Below are positions 51,966 through 64,000 of a stretch of 64,000 nucleotides of DNA, piece after piece. Origin of the DNA: Tubiluchus corallicola (lineage: Eukaryota > Animalia > Priapulida); NCBI GenBank assembly GCA_030141605.1, contig JAQGDQ010000038.1, forward strand, positions 806,001-870,000, given 5' to 3'. The notes beneath the pieces are model-generated. The model did not search any database. It worked only from the letters and a program-made list of their open reading frames with translations, and was not told the origin of the DNA. Each line of letters begins with the position of its first letter. The first letter of the stretch is position 1. The position numbers and the translations under genes were made by a program.

Positions 51966-54900
51966 TGTACCATTTCCTGTGCAAATAGCAAAAATGCAAG
52001 TTGGGGTTAATACAAATTGCACACATATACTTACAAATCAAATATCAGACAAAAGCACAACTAGGTACACCAGAAAAATCCAACTTGCTGCTGGTAAAAT
52101 TCATTCAGACGCAAAGTTAAGAGAAACCTACCCAACTTTGCAAGGCTGTGATTTAATACAAAAGCACTGGGCTTTAAATTTGTAAAATAAAGAAATTTAG
52201 TTTCTATTCCTCATGCCTTTACAATATGCTGCAGCATAGCAAAGATGTGGGTAATTAGCAAATTCGCCTAAATGGAAATTTTAACTATCTCATCAAGTTA
52301 TTTTTGAAATTCATTTTAAATTACAACAATTAATTGAATAATTTATGTGTCTTTAGTGTATAGAAGTAGAGATGCGTCGTCAGTATGTTCTTTCGGAACG
52401 AACATTAAAAAGTTTGTAGATTAAGAAAAAAATCCACCAGACATTTTTCATGTGGTATGCTACCTGCATTAGTGTGACAGGAGCTTCATGTTGTTCAATC
52501 TTCGCTTTCTCCCGAATCATGGATCTTATGCTATTCAGTAGCTAGATCTGCTACAATTAACCTTTGGTTGCAGATAATTATACGATACCCTTGGCATTAC
52601 GTCGTTGTGCTCTTTTAGTATAATAGAGTCATTATGCCTACGCAATGTACGCATGCAGCAGTATATTAAAACTAATATGGAAGAACTCATTGGAGTATTG
52701 TAAACCATTCTAATCAGCGAACACAGTCTGATAGCAATTTAATTTAGGGAAAGAATCACTCGTCTTGCACAGTTGAGGCACAGATATGTAGAGATTGGTT
52801 TGCTGGCGAATTTTGATCAAAATTCAGTTCAAATGAGTACTTCGACTATGCTTCCACTATAATAATTTGCTTATAGCATACAACGAATATTCCGTCAGAG
52901 TTGATATAAAATTTCCGTTATGGGCATTCTTTGGGTACTTGTTAACTTACTGACGATTGTTTAATAGTAAACAAATAAACGTGTAAAGTATATGTAAATA
53001 AATAAATAAAATGATAACGTTATAAAACTGCCGGTCAGTTTCGAGAAACCTAAGTTTATGTGCAAAAGTTTGAAGGCAACAAACGCTATCTATGGTGTAT
53101 TAACACACTGATAACGTGATGTATAACAATTAAATATGTTAGCGACATGGTTTGTGTAAGCCCATACAAATTTGTTGAATTCAGTACTTGCAAACCCAAC
53201 TTACAATGTGTCTTCTGTCAGCTGTTTGTTGAAAGCAAATTCGGCATCAATTTTTAAAATGTATTTGTATAATTTAATTTATGGTTGGCTAAATCTGTCT
53301 ACATGTTGCTAGTCTTTATAACATCTTTTCGGGGTTTGTATATTAAAGTTGCTTCAACTATGTTAAGCAATTTTGATTTGCAGTAAGTTTAATTTGTAAT
53401 AGCGAAATTTCACAACAGTACTTGTTACTTCTCTAAAAAACTCAACTCTTATTTTTAATTCACACGCCGTAAATAAATGTTGTTTTTACCTTTGCTTAGT
53501 TTTTTACTCTTATTAGATATTTTCTGTTATTTAGTAAAAACTAAAAATGTAGTATTTAGAAGGGAAAATAAAACAAAGGTAAATCTAAATCTACACCATA
53601 TGATTGATAATAGTGTTCTTGCAGAACTCGAAACGCCTCAATATTAAACTTCAGCACAACATTTTTTATCGCTGGTCATATTGTTTATTATTCGAACCAG
53701 ATAAAAGTTTCCATCCACCGAGGATCAATAATTCGCGAACATTCCAAGCAAGCTACAAAAGGCTGTTGAGCGAAGTCTGTAGTGAAAATGCTTTTCATGG
53801 ACTGAACAATTATATTTAACGTAGAGTTTTATCTGTTAGTTTTCTCCATTAGCTTAAAAGTATCTGAGGCACGTGGAGAAACGGTTCTAACGTACTAATC
53901 TCTTGTACTGATCACGATCTAATCTCTTTTCCAACTTCTTAATGAAAACTTAGAGAAAAGGGGCGGAAATTACATTTTATCTGAGCGTGAGACGTGTTGA
54001 TGCGCGTGGAACAGAGAGTGGGTGTTTGATTATTTTCAGTATTATTGGTGCTTTTCATTGTTTTTTTTGCTCGGTTGTGTGAATGTGCGCGTGTGTTTTT
54101 CACGCATGCGTGTTTCCTTTGCTCACCATAATTTTTATTTTTGCAGGTGCATAATTTCTTTACACATAGATTTGTTTTTAAATTTTATTTCTTTGAAAAG
54201 GTATAGTAATAGATTGATCACTGAATGTGCGATTAAAGCATCTACACTGCAGTATTATTGCAACCTTGGGCAGAGTGTTGTAAGAAATTCGAAATAAAGT
54301 AAAGTAAACAAAGACGCAAAGTCAAAAATAAATAATAAAAAAATAATTTGTTGAATTGTTATATAATTCTGTTACGGTAATATACAGATAAACTACTAAT
54401 GCTGCTGCTGCTACTGTCGCTGCTGCTGCTGCAGCTGTACTAAAGAGCAAATGGTACAGAATACGTCTTACCATAATGGCCATTGACTTCAGCTTATTGC
54501 TTGGTGCTTTGTTAGCAACTCGTGTCTTTCCACTCATCCAAGCATGCAGATTATCTACCTGTCAGGTTTCCATTGTATAATACCGCTAAATGAACCTTGA
54601 AAAACACTCATTGAAAGTAACTGCAGATACTGCGGGTTTCATATTGCAGCTTGAGAAAGTGTGTGTGTGTGTTAAGAAAGTTGTCAATGTCTTAAAAAAT
54701 CCGCTTAAGCGAGTCAATTAGTGCCAGTTTGATAGACAGTCTCAAGTTACCTGGGTTACAAACTACGCGTATTGCTGGGTCATTCTCAAGAAACCACTAT
54801 AAGGCTAAGTATGTATTTAATTAAGACTTTGCACTACTGATTCTCACGCCGTTATTTCTTTCTTTCTTATTTATTTATTCTCCGTAAACATATTTTGCTT

Positions 54901-57900
54901 AATAATTCGTTAGCCTTGCAAGCTACGGTCACGAAATTCACAGAGTGGGTATCCCTGGATGATTGAATAGCAGCAGTGTGGTCACTGGGTCACTGGCTGC
55001 GGGCATCATTTTGTTTTTCCATTAGTTCGCACCTCCTCCTAGAGCTTCCAGTTTTCACTTTTTTACAAGTCTTTAGGTACTGTGAGGCAGGTACGTAACC
55101 GCGGTTTTTAAAAGCTGAGACTCTTGAACGGTGCGAAATGGGAGCCGACGTGTGAAAATTAGAACGACAGGCTTTAGTTCGCATCTCCTCCTACATTTTT
55201 CAGTTTTTAGTTCATTTTTTTCACAAGTATTTGGGCATTGGGGTTAGAAGTGCATGTTGGGCCTTAAAAACACTGATTCCTTGAGTGCTCGAGATATGAG
55301 AAAACGCCAGAAAACGAGGTTGTGTCCATAGCGCCATAAGTAAAAGAGCTACGAAACTTACAGAAATACTATAGGAAGAGTGACCTTTAGGACATAGGTC
55401 ATAGCGACAGAAGCCAAAATTTGAAAAATAGAGCAAATGGTTCCGTCACTTGCAGTATCGGACTAGAAGTCTATGTTTTTGCGTGTATGGGTAGCCAAGT
55501 AAGGGCAGATGTGCTCTAGGTACTTTTCAAGAAGTAGGTGCATTAAGTACCTTTCGGAAAATAGGCGTAGCCATGTCATACGATATGAGCAAAAGAGTTA
55601 AAAGAGGATTTTGTCATTTTGAAAAAGTTAATAAGCTCGAGTCACGAAACGTGCGGGGCACGTACCAAGAATGCCGGCTCAGACAACAGAATAGTGAACG
55701 ATGACCTTGAGGCCAAGGGTCAAGAACAGTAGATACGTATCAGTTTCTGTTTGGCTTCATGTTTTCCTATAGTTTTTGAGCTAGAGCCACAAACTTTTGG
55801 TATGTGACTAGATGGACGCAAGTTCTTATGCATCGCTGAATGTGGGTCACTTGGAAAAAAGAAGACGTTTTTTCAGCCTTGAAGAATAGTGACTTGTATA
55901 AAAAGAAACAAAAGGCCTCAGTAAGACAAACTGAATGGTATCACAGAGCTTGGTAGACCTTTGTAGTAGATCTAGTGGCAAAATGAGGGTCGAGGAGACA
56001 AATGCCTTCCTGCGTCAAATAAAACTGGCTTGTAACAGACCTGAATGCTATAAGTTTCAAGGGAATTAGTTGACCTTTGACTTTCACGGGGTTGAAAAGT
56101 TACAAATTCCAATTTTATTGTACAGTGCAATTCCTAGGTAATCAAGCGACTTGAATTCACCAAAATCAAAATTACGGTTTTATATACAAAAACGGATGTC
56201 ATTTCAAGATCTAGTGTGACAGGAAGACTGGAAGTGTGACAATGTTGGAATACATTGTATCAGTTTTATCCAGTTTTATCCTCGGAACTTTCAACCTAAA
56301 AATTCATTAAAAGATAAAAATAATCTAATTAGTTATAATCACTCTAGTCTGAGCGATCTAACAATGGAAAGGAGGATTTTACTTGGTCGGGTATAAACTA
56401 AGAACTTTGGAATGCCCTGGTCACAGAGTGATGCTGCAGTCTTGTAAGGAGAGGTTCCCTGGTACAAATCCAAGCTGTATTCCAACTTTTTTCTAGTCTT
56501 TCAAGTTTGGTATCAAAATTTAATTAATTATGGTTTCGTTCCATCACAAAGAGCACTTATTGGATAAACATCAAACGCAAGAATAAACACAATGTATTTA
56601 TAGAATCATTTGCAAAAACAAAAATATTTGCACCCAAACAAATTTGCAAACACGTGACGACAACCACATGTTTGTGTCATTTAATCCAATACATATCTCT
56701 TTATCTCAAAAAACAGAGTTCTATAGGAGACATTCTGCTCCATTGTGGAGCCAGTAACGGTATTATTATTAACAATCAAACTATCCTACAGTCCATCAGT
56801 TCTTTTAGGTCTTTCAGTTTGAACAGCGTTTTCCGTTGCCTTAAAATTTTTTTAAGAATTTATAATATTTAGTAACCTTATTGTAACGTCAGAGTATAAA
56901 GTTGGCTGAAAACTTATTACATGAACAATATGAATAGCAAAAACGAGACCGGCATCACTACGAAGTAAGCCGCTTTATACAGTTACTACTCGAGAAATCC
57001 AAAAACATTAGTTAGATTAGGCTTTTTTTGATTAGCCGCACAAGCTGAGCGTATTAATTGTTCATTCTTGCAAATTTTAATGAATTCTGAAATTTGAAGG
57101 CTGAACTGTGAAAGAGTAGTAGAATAATATTTTCTTTTCATCATCACGCTGCATAATTTATTCACGCATTCATATGACAGTTGACGTTTTTACATGTGAA
57201 GAAATTAATAATTTCTCATTAATGAGCAGCTGGCACCTATAGTATGCCTAATTTGCAAGACTTTCACTTCAGGCAGTAATTTTTCGCTGTATGTGCTATG
57301 TTGGACCGTCAACGGCCTTCAAAAGGACGGACCACTGGTCAGAGTAAACAGTCATTATTTTAGTGAATTAATTTCGCGTGTATTGTCTTTTGTATATAAA
57401 TACGTAAATAGCGTGTCCTCTTGTATGTGCATTTTATAGTTGTATGTTCTGTTTTATTGCAACTTCAGTAATTTTAGTCTTATGTTTTAATGTGTAATCT
57501 TAATGTCTTATATGTATATTATTTAGCTTATATGTGTGTTTTATATAGGTTTTAAGTCTGACATAAAAGTATGAGTTGAATTGAATTGAAAAGGTTCACC
57601 ACAAAGAATGATCAGGACTGACTGAAGACCACCGGTCAGAGATTCATCAGCGTAGCACTCACCGCACTAACATTAGACAAGAGGCAGTAATGACACCAAT
57701 GTCACAAGCAAGTTGCTCTCCAGCCTTTGTTATCCAAAACAAAATTATAAGTGCATCACGACCAATTTCATTCAGCTGCTGTCTGCCGATTTTTTGCTGT
57801 TTTATTATTAAAATTTAATATTCCGTACGATTTACTTGTACTTTGCACAATGCTCGCTTATTTGTGCTTTGATTAACGTCACATGTTTGGATTTGAAATT

Positions 57901-58381
57901 ATTTTGCTCAATTGTCCAAAATATAGCGCCATTTTGTTGTATTAATTGCTTTTACATCTAGATTTCTTATTTTGTGCTGTCAGTTCGTTACTCTTGTTTG
58001 TATATATGAACATAAGTTACATGAACATAACGTACAAATAAGAAAGAAGTAAAAATATGAATAAAAATGTACGTATAAGACTTACGCCTTGCAAACATTA
58101 AACTTTATACAATGTTAAATAGAAATTTATAGAATGCCTAGACATTTTATAGAGTACCAAAACAAACCAGGTAAAGTGTCTAAAATAATTTCTTCTGCAA
58201 TTTTTCCTAGGCATTACATATACTGGAAAAGTTTGTCTAGGACTCTAAGTAAAGTGTGTAATTCTTATATTTTGAATATGTTTTTTCTGGGCATATTATA
58301 TAATGGCAATTTTATTTTAGGGAATGGATCTAAAATTCGGCTAGTTCATTGTATGGTAGATAGATGGATATATAGGTTAGA

Positions 58382-59280
<899 letters not shown>

Positions 59281-60065
59281 AGATTAAATAGGTAGGTAGC
59301 TCAAAATGGATCTAATGTGCAGCATAGTTTTTATTTACATCAACGCAGGTTCTGTTTTTGCACTCGAGTTTATGCTCTTTCCTTGAACACAATAATTTGT
59401 TCTACGTTATAAAATTGTTAAATTATGGCGTTTTGGCATTAATAATGACAAAACAAATGCACGCAATTAGATGTAACAGTCGCGCTTCGATCTGGTCCAT
59501 TCAGACTGCGTATTAAATACCGTTTGAATTGATTCAGAACCTGCATTATAAGTTTTCGTCGCTTTCATTGATCAAGTACAATTAACATAGACTGGCTACA
59601 TTCACAGTAAAATCTATTTGTTATGTTCTTTCCATTGCAAATGATGTCGGCATGAGAAAATTTGAAAGCCCGCTTTGAGAAACTTGTGAATTATTATACC
59701 GCATTATTTAAACGCGATTTATGAAGAGAACAAATTAATAGTTGTCAGACAAGCTTGTATTCATTCTAAAGACTTATAAGAGCCATTTATTATAGAGCCA
59801 ATTTAATGCACGGCCACTAGCAAAATAAAAATGGAAAGGTATTGACTAGATTTGATTTAGTTTGGAATACCACGATACAGGCGGAATTTTACAGTTCCAA
59901 CAGTGGTCAAACGCGAAGAATTGCAAGTTGTAACTTTTTTAAGTGCAACACTAGTTAGTGTTTGTTGGTGTGTTTAACATACATGTGTACACTTGGTAGA
60001 CGAACAGATAAACAACAGAAAAGAGAAAAAATGAAAGAAGAAGAGCAATGCGCAAAAATAACATC

Positions 60066-60186
<121 letters not shown>

Positions 60187-60549
60187 GTAATGATGAACCG
60201 AAACACTGGCTGCGAAAAATTGGGACGAATGAGAGAGAAAAAAGAGAGAGAAGGGGGAGGAGATTTTTGTGTATTACTGCTGCTGCTACAGCCGCTGCTG
60301 CTGCCACTGCTATTATTGCTATATACCGCTACTAACGTGATTAATTAAAACACACCTTTTTCGAAAACATAGAAACAATTATTTTTACACGCATTTTAAA
60401 CATTAAGTCAATGTAAATGTAATGAAGCCAACTCAGGCAAAGAATGCAATATCTTGAGAGTAGAATTTATTGCGACTTGTTTTGAACAATACTGTTCATT
60501 ATCAAGGCATCTAAAACGAAGAAATTTACCAGAATTTAGAAACAAATAT

Positions 60550-60550
60550 T

Positions 60551-60608
<58 letters not shown>
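60550..60608. repeat. (TA)n microsatellite
   Basis: Direct reading. Confidence 0.97.
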
Positions 60609-60611
<3 letters not shown>

Positions 60612-62149
60612 TAGGGACTATATAATTTAACAATTTATCTTACAGACTACATAATCTTGATTAGTAGGAAACTACTAGTATGCACGCTACAAACAAAACA
60701 TTATGTTAGAAGTAACAGAACTGTCAATTTTAAGGAGCAAAGAGCTGCCATTTTGTCAATAAATCCCACAAACTATAATGCCCTGATAGTGCTGTACAAG
60801 ATGTAATAAGTATCTCGTAGATGTAAATAATGTTTTTCATGGCTGTTTATGCCGCAGGTAGAAATCGAAACGTATAACAATAACAAGTATTTTCGTTACA
60901 AGAACTAAACATGATTATTCGGTGTGCATAATTACTGCACCACTCTCACTTACAATATGCTTTGGGCACTTTTCGCATAATGTACCTGAATATTAGGTTT
61001 CAGATTTCATCCCCTTATTACTGTATCACTGCATGAGTCGCAATAGAGACGCAGTGCGTGCGTATGAATTATTAATACTCGTCATAATATTATTATTAAT
61101 GCTTTTACCATAAACATCTCGTAATTTGTGCATGCAAGCATGGCCTTTTGCTTGAAATTAGTGCAGTTTGCAGTGGCGGAATAATTTTATGACACGGTTG
61201 CCACTTCAATGACTGTTGCTCATATATTTTCAGCAGTGCTCTGACAATGTCTGACGGAAAGTACTATTTCACTGTAAAATGAAATGAAAGGCGCTTTTAT
61301 GATGTTGCTCTTATGTAGTCGACTGTTTTCGCCTTTAAATTAAAAGGATTACTTGCCAGCTTCACGAGAAAGATTAGCTGTGGAAAATCATTTATATTTG
61401 TGACGTGGTAAACACTGTCATATAAATTCTGGTTTGAATAATAGTTTTTCAATTCAATTAATTTATTCCGCAAGATAAACAAATACTTTTACATGACAAG
61501 TACATACATAAAATCAAATTAATGATACCATGAATAAATTTGGCGCTAAAGACCCAGGAAGCAAGCTTATATTAGGCCACTAGAATTAGTAGTGAAAAAA
61601 ATTATCAACAGCTTGCAACTCTTTGCAGTCAGATCAAAATAGCGACCAAAAGGCACTGAATTGAGGGTAAGGGACCCACGCCTTGACATGATGTCACTAT
61701 GAGCAAAAATTTATTTTGACATTTTTAATCTGAGATTTTGACATTTGACATTTTTGAAAACAAAAGCAGTTGATTTCCCAGTCTTTAGGCAGACCTGTTC
61801 CTACTGTGCTAAGTTTGGCTATTATAGATTTATCTATTTCGATTGTACAGACTTTTTTCATCTAGTGATTTTGACCTTTGACCTTTCGAATACAAAATTA
61901 ATAGATTTTTTGTTATTACTCAGACTTGTCCAAAACCCAAATTTGGTGTTCATGAGTTCCAATATTCATAATTCTTTTTCTTATATTCTTTACTATTACT
62001 TTGATCTTTCCTCACGTGTCAAAGTCTAATACAGGTAACCTAAATATTTGTATTTTTGCTTATAATACATAATAATGTTGATATAAATTCATCAATAGCA
62101 TTAAATAGCATATTTTTACCTTCCATTTGATCGAGTTTTTATCTACAAA

Positions 62150-62760
62150 ACTTAATGAATGTATGTCTGAAATATCAAGATTTTGTTAGTAGTGTATTTT
62201 CAAATTAATAAAGTCATTTTCAAAATGAGAGCCTCATCACAAGGCCTGCGCTTAAATTATCAAGTCAAAAATCATATTCAATATAAGTTGTATCAGACCT
62301 AGTTCGTGTCTATACAACTTATACTCGCCCTGACTTAGAGTATGCTTCTGTTACCTGAACTCGTCTATAAATCAAACTCAAATTGCCAGTAATGAAAAAA
62401 TTAAAAAATATATTTTGTCGCATAATTCTTAGATTTTATTCCTTATGACGATGCATAAGATACATACATAAGCTTTACATAAGCTTAACCTGATTACTGT
62501 GAAAACCCCGTAGATAAAAATTAAGTTGTAAATTTACTTTACTTTTAATATTATTCAGTACCGTAAACACTTGCTTCTTACTTCACATGTTAGCATAAGC
62601 TATCGTACTGCTTGATATTCTAATAAATTAGTCATGCCTAAAACTCGAACAACGTTACAAACGATCAGCATCGTAGCTAGAATCATAAATAGTAATAAGG
62701 AACTTTTTCCTATATTATAGTAAAGTATTTTTTTTCACAATTGCTTTTAAACTGTTTCAC
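62150..62760 (+). mobile_element. Highly degenerate CR1-type LINE 3' fragment
   Basis: YTTYTRPDLEYASVT-like motif at ~62310-62355. Confidence 0.5.
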
Positions 62761-64000
62761 TGACCTTGTGGTGTCATTTCTCCAAATTTTAAAGCCCATC
62801 ATGTATTAATTTTATTTATTTATTTTATCGCACTCAACATGCAGACGTACATCAACGTGTAACTCTGTTTCCTCCTCTTTTGAAAAAACTATAAAATTCT
62901 TATAAGACCCCGTTAAGCGTCAATAGGACATTTTTTCTACGTGGTGATTTGGTAATGAGTAAATGAGCAAAGAGCGGCCGTTTTTAAGAGGTTTTTTGCT
63001 CTCCGTTTCCAGAAGAATACCGTGTAGGAAAACGTCCTAGTGATACCAACGCATCTACGAGGATGATGGGCTACGAGTGAATTTAGAAACACGTTTTTTC
63101 TGGACACCCTGTACATGCCGCGAAGAAGCCACTGCGAGTATTACCGATTAGACACCTACTGTTTAACGATATATTTATTTACAGAACGTGTCTAGAAAAC
63201 TTTTACTTAAACGTGTTTTGCGTTTTTCCTCCACTGGATTTCCTCCCTAAATATGCCTGATTACACAATACGGGCTGCTGCATATTTTCACTCCTCGCAA
63301 TTTGCCTCAGCAAGATGTATAACTTTCACAAAGTAAGCGATTTTATAGACGAAGTGCTCTAGCAGTTTCCCCGCTTTTGTGAAACAGTTTTCAATGATCG
63401 ATGTTGGCAAGAATCAAACTGTCCGTAATGGCCCACGACCTGCGCGAATTTGCGAGATTTGCAAAAAAAATATTCTGCGTGAATTATATAATTGCGCAAA
63501 ACAGCGGAATGAAGGAAGCCATTAGCCTTCGTTCTTGTGCAGGTGTGTGCTCTCGTGCATGACGTGTGTGTTAACCACACTTAGGGCTTCCTACCTTGCT
63601 TGCATCCACACGCAACGACAAGGGTAAAAAATGTGTCTCAGACGATGGAAAACGTTGTAATTAAACAGCGGGTTAGAGCGAAATTAAAACAAGGCAGCAA
63701 CGAAAAAGTGTCATTAGGGAAACACGGTCATTCCGGTGGGTTATCTTACACGTTCAAGAACTCCCTCTCTTAGCAACTCCCTCTGATGGCAAGAAGTTTT
63801 GAAGAGTCGCTTTGAGTTACGTTATCTTTATTGACGTGGTGTAGGGAATATTATACGGGTTATGATCCCATAAGGAGGAGAAGCCTACGCAATGTCTGTC
63901 AACGTGTAGTGTTTCTAAGTCATAGATCAAACGTCATAGAGCACGATACAGAAAATGAGATGAACAGATGTGTGTGTTTCGGTAATGATTTCACATAATA

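Overview
AT-rich, repeat-dense genomic DNA of an invertebrate animal with spliceosomal introns; the peptide CFITNCPPG together with a group I mGluR is most compatible with a non-insect arthropod or relative (inference only). Three genes can be built by hand. (1) NHP2, H/ACA snoRNP subunit, + strand, join(4090-4276,4652-4721,6976-7081,8693-8833), 167 aa. (2) A complete oxytocin/vasopressin-family precursor, - strand, join(22731-22591,21442-21238,19638-19469), 171 aa: signal peptide, CFITNCPPG-GKR, 14-Cys neurophysin and a 47-aa tail with a copeptin-like LLQRLLH core. (3) The first coding exon of a group I metabotropic glutamate receptor (GRM1/5-like), + strand, 44314-44959, followed by an intron running past the window end. 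A possible first coding exon (MENF[Q/H]) of a fourth, divergent gene lies at 271-284 (-). The rest is decayed LINEs (L2, CR1, RTE), MITEs (Kolobok-, hAT-, Harbinger-like), tRNA- and 5S-derived SINE-like repeats, a perfect 98-bp-arm palindrome and many microsatellites, which explain most spurious ORFs. I cannot demonstrate a wholly new biological system. The best leads are the copeptin-like tail, a repeat with a tRNA-Gly-like body but GGA anticodon, the head-to-head neuropeptide/mGluR arrangement, a uORF abutting the mGluR start, and a candidate H/ACA RNA in an NHP2 intron.
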